DNA from: Haliotis rufescens
Taxonomy: Eukaryota
DNA: 64,000 bases
Assembly (NCBI RefSeq): GCF_023055435.1
Contig: NW_025963979.1
Location: 6,820,001 to 6,884,000 of the forward strand
Direction of reading: 5' to 3'
Part shown: piece by piece, positions 41,317 to 55,358 of the stretch
Layout: each line of letters opens with the position of its first letter
How positions within the stretch are numbered: the first letter of the stretch is position 1
Position numbers and translations under genes: made by a program
Notes under the pieces: generated by a model
What the model saw: the letters and a program-made list of their open reading frames with translations, nothing else
What the model was told of the DNA's origin: nothing
The model's database searches: none

Positions 41317-42624
41317 ATAACAAGAGTCACGGATAAATTGTTCTTCCCAATTGAGAATATGGTTAATGATGTTTCTGTCGGTTACCATTTTTAAAGACAA
41401 TTCCTTTTGGCTTTCGCAATAAAACTTTGCAGTACGCCGCGGCATTTCATCTTGGTGTGTGAGGACTGTTGCGGGATGTAAATATGTGTCTCTTCGTAAA
41501 ACACAAGTTATGTTATCTGTCAAAGTCTATATGGACTCCTGGTCAAACCAAGTATTGTAATCCGTGCGAATTTGGGATTCGAACCCACGACTAGGATCAG
41601 TACAACGCGATAGTATCAATACTGAAACTTGGCAAGATCTGTAACATACCTCTTCTACCTACACATATATCTTCTTTTAGACGCCACCTAGTTAAGATGA
41701 CCTTAGCGCTAAGATGGCTTTGTAGGACGGGCCCTTGCCTTATATAGATAAGTCCTCTTTAAGTAAATAGATCTTCAGAGGTAATGTAAACACAACATGT
41801 AAACTAAATATATGTCATGCATACATATAAGGTAAACAGGATAGTTTTATTGATTGTTTTCTCTCGTCGACATCATAATTCATAAATGTTGAATAAATCC
41901 ATTCACTTCAGAAGCAAACGTAACAAAAGTAACAAGTTTTCTTTCATTTGCTGTTAGCATGACCAACTAAATGATTGTTTCCGCAATTATATTTTTTTTC
42001 AAACCAATAAATCTATTACCATATTTTTTTAAAAAGAGGTACAATACTCTTGTTAGCAATGATATTGTACTGCCTGCTTGTTCGACTCCGAGGCCAGGAG
42101 TAGGAATGTGCTGGGGGTATAATGTAGTTGGGATTACACAATGACACTTTTGAAACATTTGATTGCATTTTAAGCAATTTCGTGCAGTTTGGACAACACT
42201 CACACAAGAAATGTTATAAGTCAATGGCAAAAGTCAATAAGTCAAAACAAACAAAGATGGCGGATGCAGTAAAATTTCAAAGTTAAATCAGTACTTTAAA
42301 AATTCGGGCATAGCTTCCGCGCACCCGCCAGGTATGGGTGCAATACTGCCATAAACTTCACCCCAATCCCCCAGACACAAGGACAACTGTCACAAGTGTG
42401 CAATGTCTGACCCTTTTCCACATGTTGAAGCATATTGAAAAGAAACTTACCTTTTGTAGTAAAAAAAACTCCAATGCAAACATAAGACATTAATACAACA
42501 TATATCCCCTTGTTATGGGTTTTCGGACGCTGAAGAAACATTCATAGCTTTCTCGCTAATCACATGAACAACTGTAAAATATCTCATTCACTAAAAGGCT
42601 AAAAGACAAATGTATCTTAAAAAC

Positions 42625-42783
42625 ACTCGGATGATGGCGTGTTTTTAAGATACATTTGTCTTTTAGCCTGTAGTGAGTGAGTGAGTTGGGTTTAACGCTG
42701 TTAAAAGCGGCGTTAAACCCAACTCACTCACTCACTACAGGTTAAAAGACAAATGTATCTTAAAAACACGCCATCATCTGAGT
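42625..42783. repeat. Near-perfect palindrome (74-bp arms, 11-bp spacer) built on a SINE tail
   Basis: 42625-42698 against 42710-42783 shows two mismatches. A third partial copy lies at 42583-42626. Confidence 0.92.
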
Positions 42784-45700
42784 ATTTACAATTTCTGCGT
42801 GACGCCACACCCCACGTTATAGTGCAAATATTCGTGATAGAACAAGTATTACATCCGAAACCCTATGATGCTGAAAGCTCTGATCGAAAACAGGACAATC
42901 CGCGACAGTTGTCCGATTTTCGATAACATTTTTCCGAGTGTTTTTTTTAAAAATCTTTGATTATATTTTTCCGCGGAAGATGATTTTTTGCCGAGGACTA
43001 CTATTTTAAAAAACGCAATTTCCCGCTGAGATTTCACATCCCTACAATGTATATACGGAGTGCACGATCTATACAGCACGTCTAATATGAGCCAGCTGGC
43101 AGGTTTAATTTCAACGAGTTGTCGATCATGAAACGTCTCATATTACGGGCGACATGTGGAATGCTGCAAGCAACATAAGGTGCACTCGACCTCATTTGTT
43201 GGTGTAAGAATGTATGGACGAAACAAGCCCCCTTGCCATCACTGTATGTAAGTTTGATGCAAGAATTTCTTTGTAAAAATTATTGAATTCAGTGTATAAA
43301 GGAAAATGAATAATATTTCGGTTTGGTTTTCGGTCAAAATAAATAATATATTATAATATCGGCCATTCCTGGTCTGTGAAGATATAGGGAAAATAAATGA
43401 AATGTTTCGTGATCACATCTCCAAATGGCATTTAATGGCCTGTCCTGTTTGGATAATGCCTCAAATAGCTATGCATCGTTGCATCCCAGTGATCGTAGGT
43501 TCGAAGCTCGGTTCTCCCCGATTATGTTTCTACGTGTCAGCACCATGCTCGTGCTTGTGGGTTTCATCAAAGTGGTAAACTTGCATCACTTCAGGCTTTC
43601 CTTCCGTTTCAAGCTTGCAAGCCGAGATATAACTGAAATACCGTTCAAAGCGGTGTTAAACCCAACTCACTCACTTGTGTCTCAATATATCTACACTTGA
43701 ACAAAAGGCCAATCCAAGTCTTCAAAATGATTATTATCAAATGCATTTCAAAAGCCCCTGTCTTACAGCTCCATCAAGGTGGCGCAAGGTAATTACTGCC
43801 TAGAGCCAGTATTTAATTCGTCTTCATTTGCAGCACATGACACATTCGTTATAATCACGATAAAACTCGTTCGCGTCGCCGCTTCTAGGTATGAGGATAG
43901 GTCGCCAAGTTATGGCTCTTGGCTCTTGAATAATGTGGTTATATTTAGTTTTGGATCTAACCATATTTCTCTGTGGTCCTAAAATTATGAAATAAAATTG
44001 ATCGTGTTGGGTTATTATTTTTCTCTACCAAAACACAGGTGACAGTAAAACAAAACCTGATCTTGCATCTTGAAGGCCCTATTCCTGAGTTGGACGAGGG
44101 TAAAAACAAGTGAAGTATCATTCCACAAGGGCAAAACTATTAATGCGTCCATTATGAGACGACCAATCACTTGGAAACTGAAGTCTTGCACCAATTCCGA
44201 CTTTTCCGAGAACATGGTCGTCTCGCAACGTTTTGTTTGTGTATTTTTTGTTTGTTGTTTAACACCACATTCAGCAATATTCAAGCTTTATGACGGCGGT
44301 CTGTAAATAATCGAGTCTGGACAATCGACCCAGGTTAGAATAGGTCTTCAGCGGCCCATGCTTGTCGTAAAAGGCGACTAAACGAATCGGGTGGTCAGGC
44401 TAGCTGACTTGTTCATGCATGTCAACGTATCCCAATTACGTAGATCGATGCTCATGATGTCAATCACTGAACATTTGGAGAAAAAAAAGGTTCATACGAT
44501 ATCCTACACCACGTTACAAGAGACGTGTCACATTTGGTATCACACTAACTTAGAAATGACATATGCTGTGTCATTATAATACCCTTGTATGTATACCCTT
44601 ACTTATCGTACTCACATATCAACCGGCATTACGCAAGCTTAAGTACAGGTGATGTACAGGTATCATAATATCATGGCTTCACTGAGATAAATATGATAGT
44701 ATCCTCGGCGTGAGAGTCAGTGATATTACGGAGTATTTCCAACTGAAATTGAATCCGCGTATTCCTTTGATCGTTTGTTTCTTTTGCACTTAAATTGATG
44801 AAACTTGACTCTTATTTCAAGGACATAAGATGAAAGTCATGCGTGCAGATATCCACGATGACGCAATGGTTATATATAAACATAAGGACAACAGGAAGCA
44901 GCTGAAAAAGTCGATGTGGAATTAAACACTTTTGAGACATCACGCATGCAAGGGGTGATATCGAACTGGAAGCTATTTTTTTTGTATTTCTTCTCGTTTG
45001 CCAAAGATACTGATGCTGTTCATTTCAGAGTAAACATATCATGATAAGATTAGATCTATTATTGTTATTTTAAATTTCAACAAACTGAAAAGTTGATTTT
45101 CGTGGGATGAGAAACGTGCAGAACATTACTGTTAATCCCCCACCCAAAAAGAATTAATATTTTATCCGACATCGAACATTCGAACGACTCCCTTAGAGGT
45201 TGGCATTTATTTTGATACAAATGAAATGGAATTTTGCATCTCACTTTTTTTAAATTGAATTTTCTTATTTTGGAACACAAACAAAAAGAAAGTTGTCCGC
45301 ATATTTTATTACAAATCAACATACCATTTTAGAATCATATTGTGGTCGATTGTGAATGAGGTGAGGTTAAACGTCGCGTTCAAGATGTATGCTTGTGTGT
45401 GTTTGTATGTGGTTGCTTGTACTAATCTAGACTAAAGCTGAGTTTATACCATTACTCAGATACCATGCCGCGGTTTAACATGAATCCTCCACTCAGACAC
45501 AGTGTACTGAGTGAGTGTGTGTGTTGGGTCGTAACGCCGCTTTTAACAATATTCCAGTTATATCGCGGCGTGTCAGCTTAATGTGGGATGAAAGCCCGAA
45601 GTGCAAGTCTCAGACGTTTACCACTTCGGTGAAACCCACGAGCACGGGTATGGTGCTGACAAACCTAGAAACATAATCGGGGCGAACCGGAATTCGAACC

Positions 45701-48700
45701 CACAATTATGGGTTTCTGGCGTGCCCAAGGGACGCAACTCTGCACAGCGAATTGCGGCGCCTTAGACGACTGGGCCACCCGTGCCCCCTTCATTTTTCTG
45801 ACTCCAAACTGACCAGTCCTTGTTTTAGCCCCTTAATGTCGAGCGCCAGACAGGGTAGCAACAAGTACCATCTTTCAACGTCTTTTGGTATGACGCAGCC
45901 GGGGACCATCCGCTCTCCGGGCAGACACTCCATCCGCTAGTCCAAGGAGGCGGTCCGTTTGTTGGTAATTATTCAAGGGACCTTAATAAAGAAAAGGTGT
46001 AATCCATTTGTCATACTGGCAATTTGGATATTCACAGTGGCCAAGGCATCCGAAATTTGTTCATATTGCCCCGGTGCATATGATTTTATGTGATAAGAAC
46101 ATATAACTGAGAGAGGGTAAAGTGTGAATGTTTAAGCTTTGTTTGTTGTTAAAGCCACCCTCAGCAATATCCCAGCTATGTAACGGCGGACCAGACACTC
46201 CACTTATTGATATTAAATTGCAACGATACACGCAGTCGCAGTATCAGCCATATCATCTGACCATTGGTCGCCTCTTACGACAGGAATAGGTTGCTGCGGA
46301 CCTATTCTGACCCGGAATCGCCACGGAGCGAACGTTTAAAACCAGTGCCTTCCACTTTCAAACTACATCTAGAGTCTGGGCCGGGAAGACCGATGGTTGT
46401 ATCATGATCAGCGAAGCACGAAAGACAAGCACGGATTCCTGAGGACCTATCCCGACCCGGAATTCTCACAGGGAGACAAGTATGAGACCTATTCTCATCC
46501 TTAATCAGGGGCGGTCGGGTAGCCTAGTGGTTAAACCGTTTGCTCGTCACGCAGAAGGGACATTTCATAGGGATTATCAGTTATGTCATTATGTTTAAAT
46601 ATACACTTGACATATTGTGAGAAACGTTTTATATATCATGGTATGATAAAAAAAAGTATCCCTATCAAAAATAGAGTAGTGTGTTTTGCGGCAGATACCT
46701 GACCGGCTTAGGGAGCATCGTGACAGTTCGTGTTTTGGAATTAGCACAGGTGGTCATTGTGTTCACAAAGCATACAAATCCCCACCCCGAACCGTGTTTA
46801 CAGACAGGCTTGTCGGTGAATGGCGGTGTTAACGGTTAGAGGAGCAACACTGAACTTAGGTTCAAAGTGGAGGGGTATGGTAAACGCAAACGTCTAACAT
46901 GGAGTGGAGACCGGAGTGATGAAATAACACATCCAACGGATTTTTGTTTCAATCCATCACTCCAGATGAACTCCCGAACGATATACCATGTGACTCGTAC
47001 GTGTCTTTAAATAGACTTTGATAAGTAAATGTTGCTCAACCCCATCTTGGTTGTTTACTTAACTCCTGGTATTAATGGAATAGAGTGCGACGTGTTCGCG
47101 CACTCATAGCCTTGAACACCACTGTCGTATAGTGAGATAAGGGAAGCTGATTACCCAGGCGTGGAAGATATTAGAGGAGAGGAGACAAACACATTCTTTC
47201 AAGGCATACAGCATGTCCAGTTTGTCTTATCACAAACCTATGGTCACATTATTTTTCCCCAGCATTTTCTGGAACATTGTGGTTGTAAAAAAATAATAAT
47301 TAATTTCACTCATAAGAAATTTGTACTTTTAGAGGTAATGTATTAAAATATCACTTCTAATGAGTATAATACCAACAATAATGAAATCAATGTCACTTCC
47401 TCTCGCTCCATAGGGAATATATAAGAGATATTGTAGATCCTAAACAATATTCGTGGGCGATGTCATTTCAGAACAAAATCAAACATTGTTTGTTTGTTGT
47501 TTAACGCTGCACTCAGCAATATTCCAGCTATATGACGGCGGTCTGTGAATAATCGAGTCTGGGCCAGACAGTCCAGTGATTGACATCATAACATCGATCC
47601 ACGTAATTGGGATACGATGACATGCATCAATCAAGTCAGCGAGCCTGACCACCCGATCCTGTTAGTCTCCTCATACGAAAGCATAGTCGCCTTTTACTTG
47701 TCAAAAGAATTCCGAACAAACAATATATTTGTTGGGCGGTGTGTATTTTTCGTTTTCATCCGTCAAAACGCATTTGCCGACGCCCATCGACCAGATCCAA
47801 ATACTTTCACGGGAACTTTACTATATGTGTAAGGATGTATTCAGATTAAAGTGTTTTATTTGATTTTTTAAGGCAATTGAAAACTGAATGAATACGCTTA
47901 CGAATTGAGTTAAGGGCCATCACATGATGACATCATTTTTTAAAAGGATTTCTATTCAACTGATCCTATCCCTGTTTACACTTCCGCAGCTATGCACATA
48001 AATCTGACACCCCAGAAACGCGTTTTCTTTTGTGAGTACTTTTGTGTAAATAGAGCTTATAATAAATCGGTTTTCGCTAAATAGGTGCTTCCTATTTTAC
48101 ATTTTAACCACGGGACGCCATCATATTGACCTGATTTACCATGCAACTAAAGTAGCCATGCCAATGCGGCCGACGAATAAAACGAAATCATCCGTGTGAG
48201 CAATGACCATTCCGATAAACGGCAAGCTGTTTAACAAGAGACACCACATGGTGAATGGACAGTTAGTGTAACTCAACTGGACATAACACTTTCTTAAACG
48301 TTTACCAGGGACTGAATGGAAAGTGGTTACCAATGTCGGTATATAAGCAATAGGTCGAAATATGCACGTTCTTAAACGTATTTGTCCCGTCTGACGTATT
48401 ATATTTTTCTTCTGTACATCACTTTTGAAAACACTAAACTTTGTCTACAAACATTTAAATTATAATAGAGGTTGTGTCACCATACTCGATCCTTTCGTGT
48501 TCTTGACTCGAACTCTCCTAATCTGGCTGCATTCAAAGGTAAATGGTTTGGTACAAGGACGAACATGCCCACGATATTCCTTTATATAAACTCAGAATGA
48601 GTTTGTGAAGGTCGGTGCAAAATCAGCATCGGACTTCAATAGTACGTTATCAAAGCGTGAATCGTAGCTATGTATTAGCGACCACTTAACTTCTTTTTCT

Positions 48701-51160
48701 TAATTTCTTAGATTTCTCGAGCTTTATGGCACAAGTTTCAAATTGACCGCTTTGAAATTTGAAAACTTAATAAAACAAAGCTCTGGAGAGGAGACGGGCT
48801 ATGTAGAGTTTCTTCCGCTTCAAATGTCGGAAACGTCCGTTCGTTCGGAATGACCCTTCTTTAACTCTTCGTCCCGTGAAGTTCCCGGTTAAAATTGGTC
48901 TTCAGCAACTCCAGCTTGTCGTAAGTGGCGACAAACGGGATCGAGTGGTCATATCCCAATTGCGTTGATCGACGCTCGTGTCAATCACTGGGTTTTGTAG
49001 CATACCTACATATTGATGCAAGTACCTATACTGTCATAGAGCGCACATGCGTAACCCGGAAGGTAAAACAAATTGTAATTTGCATGTGGCACACCAGAAT
49101 CATGAATGAGAATGTTTCACATTTCAAGTTAAATAAGTATTTTATATAAAAGTAGAAAACTAATATGAAAACAAAACTAGTAATATGTTGTCACAACAAT
49201 GACTACTTGAAATATTTGTTATACCTCGCTAAACGGAAACATGGTCAACCTTTTACGTATAGCGATATGCTGCATGCCTGTACCCGACCTTCTGAACAGA
49301 CAGTCCCACTACACGGAAATGGGTCAACGTTTCACTGCAGTGAAATGCTGTATTGGGAAAAAGGTAGGATAGAGCTAGGTTAGTACTCTGCCCTTCGCCT
49401 CCTCGCGGTTGCAGCCGAGGAGCGCAAACGCTCGGGGCAGCTCTTGGACAGAGAGTGCCTCCCTCTAATGGGTGTTTGTTTTGCAATCTTTGCAACTAGT
49501 ACTCATTCCCATGTAACTTTCTCAGGAAAACGGAGTCCCCGCTGGTCGCTTTGGACAATATGTTTTATATCACGATGAGTCAGTTTAATATGGGGATCAA
49601 CTCCATCTATGTGTGATCTACGAGTGTTTACATTTTTCGCGATATTCTCGCGCATGGGTATTTACTGACAAACCAAGAAACTAGTCAGGGCAGGTCTGGT
49701 GTTTAAACTCATGATCCCTCTGCACAGTAGTGCCATTGACGACTTGGTCATCCGTGCTCCGCTTGACGTGTTGAAGTACATTCATGATCAATTTATTGTG
49801 TTTCGTGCGAATGGGCATTTTAGAGTTGAGAAAAGTATATATGTTGGCCTAACAGTCTGATCAATGGGACAGTCATGGTGGAAAGGTGTCGAAGATAAAA
49901 CTGTAAAATGAAATGCAGCAGCATCTTTTCCCGAGAGATTCTCACGAAAAGCATAAACAATACGACACATTGAAAAAAAGTTAAAATATTGTATTTCATT
50001 CGCTTGCTTGTACATAATCATAGCAGTCTTTTACATTCAATATATACGCATGTTTAACGGCATAACATCCACGTTTTGTATGTCATGTACTGGAATTTCT
50101 TAAATTAGCACGCACACGCGCACGTACACACACATGATAATAATAAAAAATAATTGACAATGATGTAGCTTTAATACAAACCATCTCTTGGTATATAAAT
50201 AGCACGCGGAATTAAGCTCCATCAACTGAGAACACCGTTGCCTAAATGCCAAACAACATTTGTTTAACCAATGGCCATCAGTCTTCAATTGCCGTAAACC
50301 AATAAGATTCCGGGTCTGATTGTATCACTGCACATTTGAATATTCGCGCCTTGGGTGAGAAAAGTGGGTCCAAACAGTGCTACCAGCGATGTTCAGACGA
50401 TGGAGTGTGTGTCAGCTAAGAATAGCGGCTTGGATAACAACACTGCGAACCCATTTATTTCTGTCAAGTTTTGACACGAACATGCCAGGTAAACAAATAC
50501 TTTGGAGTAAGATGTGTCAGGGTTACGTAACATAAGTAGTACCTTCACATGGTTTTCAATGTTAGATTTAGTTCAGCGCACAGCTGGCGAAACAAAATAT
50601 AATGTTCGCAAGTTACTAGAATTTCTGTTGAATGTAGAATGCCCTGACGGTTATAATTTATCGGAAATCTCTTATTAACAAAATGACAGAGAAACATAAC
50701 ATTTTGCGAATTTAAAAGAAATCAGCACTTACTAAAACAGTTTTTATGTCCAATCAGATACATGAAAACAAACAATATTATGCACAGGATTAACATACAC
50801 CATCAGTAAAGTTGTTTGGTATTCCAACACTTGTTTCTGAGATTTCCATACAGGAATCAAGATAGTCGACGTTTGGGTTGGGGATAGCTGATAAACCGTA
50901 GAGCTAGCTCCTCTTTTCTATACATCAACATCGGTAATAGGAAATATGTACAGTGAATGGCCACATAATTACGTACATTTTGGAATGGCGATGGTGTAAT
51001 TTCAATGATCATTAATAAGACGGGCAGTACTTAAAAACTACATCACGTGTCTGTGGGATCACGTGACGATATATTCATTCATTTGTCGTCTGCTACTTAT
51101 CCATTTGTCAGACACCCCAGTTTAAAGACAGTTTAAAATCACACATGTCGTGGCTGATTC

Positions 51161-51505
51161 CAATAGCTTGCTCTGGTCCGTAAAAGCGGGGAAACCGGTA
51201 TACATTCCAGAACGACAACGTCCCGGTACATCGAGTCTGTGTCGTTCAAGACTATAAGTTGCAGAATGGTATTACTGGAATGGTTGGCCTGTCCAAAGTC
51301 CTGACACAAATATCATTGAAAATTGCTTGCTCCAACTGAAGAACACACTTCAGCAACGCCGAAATAATATTCATACCGCATCTGGCTTGGAACGTAAAGT
51401 ATTGGACATCTGGGAAAACCTGAAGATTGCATTAAAAACTTGTATCGATCAATTCCGAAGCGGATAGGGAAAATAATTAGAAACAAGGGAGAAAATATGG
51501 AGGTA
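51161..51505 (+). pseudogene. Decayed Tc1 (DD34E) transposase C-terminal fragment
   Basis: YTFQNDNVPVHR...WPVQSPDTNIIENC...IWENL..IKNLYRSIPKRIGKIIRNKG across frameshifts, matching Tc1 FQQDNAPxH / WPxQSPDLNPIENxW. Confidence 0.85.
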
Positions 51506-52940
51506 AGATACTTTATATTACTCTTTGAACTTTGCCCTCTGCCTAGTGACGTCAACACGTTCGGCCATGTGTGAACGTAACAATATGGCCAACCGCTATA
51601 TTGTATTGATCAAATGTAATGGCTGAGCCAACCTATATACTTTGAAACATTCACAATATAGCAACGACTCGATCGACGATGGCACAGCCTTCCCCTCTTT
51701 TGTATTTTGAAGGACACTAAACATTCATATGTTTGGAATTTTAAAGGTGATCGGGTATATTTAGTGTACGTGTAGCCGAATTACAACACTTGCTACAATG
51801 CATTACTACCTAAACTACCAAACTCAAATTGACATTTTTGTTATTTGCATTCAGGCAGCATGTTTTGTGTCTGTACCTTGTGACCACCAAAAGCACCCAT
51901 ACACCTCCAAAATGCTGTAATAGCGCTTAGTTTCCCCACGGACACGCCTATTCTTTAGGAAAGCTTAGGCAGCATGCTTCACCAGTCGCACAACTTTGGC
52001 GCCGTTTCAGAAGACGTGATAGGAAAGAAACAGTAATTAATTTAGTACAATCTCTAAGTTGGTGGATGAATGCTCATATGGTCAGAATTGTACAATTGAC
52101 TCTGCTTTTGGCAGATTTCTTATGAATATGGAAAGGGTTTTGTGGCTTTTATTGTAAAATGTAACAGTTTATACAATGTGTGTGACGTGAAAATACAGCT
52201 TAAACATGTGGAGGATATCCAGAATTTTCATCGGATCAGATGAAATTCGAAATACGGGTCGTGATATGTACAAATACTGACATTTGTATCTGTTAAATGT
52301 GTTTTGACAAGATCTACCAAGGAACACATAGAGGACTGTCTCATTTGTCATTAATCAACAATACCATTATATATATGTCACATCTTCCCAAGGCAAGGGA
52401 GTTAACTGACTATAAAAGTCTAGTTTCCACCCTTGCCGAACTAGGCTGGCATTATGGAGTTATATTTGGGCTGGACTAACGAGTCTATGCATCGCGTAAT
52501 GCAATCGACATCCGGTTCGTAAACTGTCATACAGATTTCGGTCACGTGCAGGATTTGCAAAGCACGTCTACCGCCAGCTCGGGATCAAAAAATATTTTCA
52601 AAATCATTTCATGTTTTAAATCAAAGTGCTTACGTGATTTGATGCACTTCGTGTGAAGTAAGACCCGTTTTATTACAATATACAGTTCATGGGCGGATAC
52701 AGCTTTTTTGAAAAGGGGGGTGCACAATTAAGATCTATTTATTGTCTTTGGTGGTAATTTATACAGAAATAAAGATTTTATTTCGAAATAAAAAGGGGGG
52801 GGGGGGGGGGGGGGGGGGGTTCGCGCACGGGAAGATGATATGTGAAAGCCATACACACCTTGGAAGCCACACTCTTACGCTGGCAATAATGGAAATATGT
52901 GGTCATTGCTTACAGAGTAACTCAGTGAGGACACCATGTA

Positions 52941-53191
52941 GGTTTTATTTGGTTTGTTTGTTGTTTAACGCCGCACTCAGCAATATTCCAGCTATATGGC
53001 GGCGGTCTGTAAATAACCGAGTCTGGACCAGACAATCCAGTGATTGACAGCATGAGCATCGATCCACGCATTTGGGATCGATGACATGTATCAACCAAGT
53101 CAGCGAGCCTGACCACCCGATCCCGTTAGTCGCCTTTTACGGCAAGTATGGGTTGCTGAAGACCTATTCTACCCCGGAATCTTCACACGTG
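52941..53191 (-). mobile_element. SINE family A copy with 14-bp TSD
   Basis: GAGGACACCATGTA at 52927-52940 and 53192-53205. Confidence 0.9.
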
Positions 53192-53415
53192 GAGGACACC
53201 ATGTACTGCAAAAATGTACAATTAATGTATTAAGAATGTATACATACAAATCATAAATACAAAACAACTTCTTAATTTAAACATTATCAATCATGCAATA
53301 TTAATGAACAATTTTATTCGTACTTAAATATATTGTTTAACGACGTACAATAATTAACATCAATCAGGACTTTACATAACTTACGGTATCTGATAATAAA
53401 TTATGAGTCATAATG

Positions 53416-54890
53416 AGTAGTATAGAGTCAGTAGGCAGGAACCTTTTTTGGTTGATCCGGTTGATCCAGGCGGATGCGAAGGTGATTGGCTGATCCAAGT
53501 CACGTGATCGGATAGGATGACTCATGCATCAACAGCGCGTCACAGGTGAGGGGGAATGAAAGGTGTGTGTTTATAAGACAGAAAAGAATTCATAATAAAA
53601 CAAAAGTAAAAGGTTATGAATAGAGCTATGTGTATAGCGTGCTGCCTTGAATAGACAGACCGTACCCGTCAGCCCAGTTTGAATTGAGCGCGCTTGACAA
53701 CTGACGTGGCCTCGTCGTTTAACCCACGCTCGCTAGAGCGTGCGATCTGGTTTGATGAATGAAGGGTGTGTGTTGAAAGTACAAGTACCACAATAGAGAC
53801 GGGTTATGTCAACACGATATACGCCGTGTAATGTAGGGAAAAAAAATTGTACGTCTAGCTGGATCAAATCCATCTTATACGGTCTACACGTTGTACACCA
53901 TGAACGTTCGACAACCTGTATGGAAAAAAAAAAATATAGACAAAATAGATAAGACTACGCAATCAGCAAGCTAGCAGTTTACGTTTAGCGCGCAAGAACG
54001 AGCTAATGTATAGCAGAGAGACTAAGCGACCGGCCGCCCATAACAATGTCAACATACACTACCTTACAATTAATGTTAATATAACAGCCTCGCCTGAAGC
54101 TTCCCATTCATAAATTGTGTGACCAGTGTCCCGTATTTATGATATGTTAGGGAAGATGTGTTGTACATTTGTTATTGTAAAAGGGAGTTATTTCAGAGAG
54201 GATATATATATGGGTATTCCCCTCATTAAACCTTTCTTTCGTTGGTGTCTATTAAACGTATCCGGTATTTAATACATTTGAATGATGTAGGAAAGTATGT
54301 GCGTGTAGATGTTGTACCTATATCCGAACACGAATGTATGACACCTTTCAATAGATCAATTACGGTTATAACCACGACACGCAACATGACTATGAGCGTG
54401 GTTAGCAGTTCATATTTTTTAAACACATCGTAAATGACAGATTTCTGATGAATGAACTCGCCCGCACACATGTCTATAGGGTTATGTTCGCCCGAACTGT
54501 AAACAGTGACACATTGATAACAGGAAGGGTGTGTGGAATGCACTCGTCCTTGTAAGGGTAAAATACGCGTTTAAACGCACCATTTAAATGATGACGACAT
54601 TACTTTTTAGATGTATTGGTATCAGTGAGTGAGTGAATTTAGTTTTACGCCACACTCGGCATTATTCAAGCTCTAGGACGGTGGTCTGTCAATAAACGAG
54701 CTTGGACCAGACAATCCAGTGATCAACAGCATGAGCAGCGATCTGTGCAACTAGGAACCGATGGCACGTGTCATCCGAGTCGGACCAACCGATCCCCGTC
54801 AGTCGCCGATAAGCATGGGTTACTGAAGGTCGATTTTTATAACCCGGGACCTTCACGGGTGTAGTATGACGAAGACTATATACTAATATG
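53416..54890 (+). repeat. Left terminal inverted repeat (~1475 bp)
   Basis: Reverse complement of 57583-59064. The match ends at GAAGACTATATACTAATATG / CATATGAGTATATAGTCTTC. Confidence 0.97.
54625..54860 (-). mobile_element. Diverged family A SINE inside the left TIR (mirror copy 57613-57848, + strand)
   Basis: Family A body with an (ACTC)n tail, at the same position in both TIRs. Confidence 0.9.
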
Positions 54891-55039
54891 ATCGCTTTTT
54901 TAACATACTCACAAGTGTGCTGTGAAGAAAAGAGTGTCTTCCAAGAATCCCTGCACGTGTAAGACAGTATAAACTCTACAGTAGTGTACCCCGACAAACA
55001 GTTTTACTCTCGCCAGCAAACGGATTGGACGTGAACAAC

Positions 55040-55336
55040 ATGAAGAAAGCATCAGAGATTAGACTTGACCCTAGAGATATATTTAGGAAGACTACGTTGA
55101 GAAAATCACAACAGAGAAAGAAACCACAAGCAGCCAAGAAGTCGACGCTGAAGACAAAGAAGAGACAGGTAACACCTAAAATGAAAACGATGACAACCCA
55201 ACAGGGATCGAAGACAACACCCCAACCCGTGAAAATACAACATGTGTCGGAGGTGAAGGCTGTGGTGGAACGGGCAATTGCTGCCTTGAAGCGTCAACAG
55301 AGTCAAGGGTATAAAAGAAAGCTTCATACCCTCTAA
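55040..55336 (+). CDS. Small Lys/Thr-rich basic protein (~98 aa) of the Polinton-like element, function unknown
   Basis: ATG at 55040 in AACAACATGA context, TATAAA at 54968, highly basic sequence, same strand as the neighbouring element genes. Confidence 0.55.
   Translation: MKKASEIRLDPRDIFRKTTLRKSQQRKKPQAAKKSTLKTKKRQVTPKMKTMTTQQGSKTTPQPVKIQHVSEVKAVVERAIAALKRQQSQGYKRKLHTL
55310..55316 (+). promoter_or_regulatory. TATA box for the ZnF-ATPase gene
   Basis: TATAAAA starts 49 nt upstream of a strong Kozak start (CACCATGG, ATG at 55359) and lies inside the end of the previous ORF. Confidence 0.55.
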
Positions 55337-55358
55337 TCGCACACCGTATTGGATCACC

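Noticed and set aside
48139-48246. Minus-strand signal-peptide-like exon (MWCLLLNSLPFIGMVIA...), plus possible exons near 13330-13430, 21590-21720 and 31459-31557
   Set aside because: Splice-like sites exist, but there is no recognisable domain or consistent gene model. RNA-seq would be needed.
52795-52819. G25 run as a functional G-quadruplex
   Set aside because: An isolated homopolymer with no supporting context. Its length may be a sequencing artefact.
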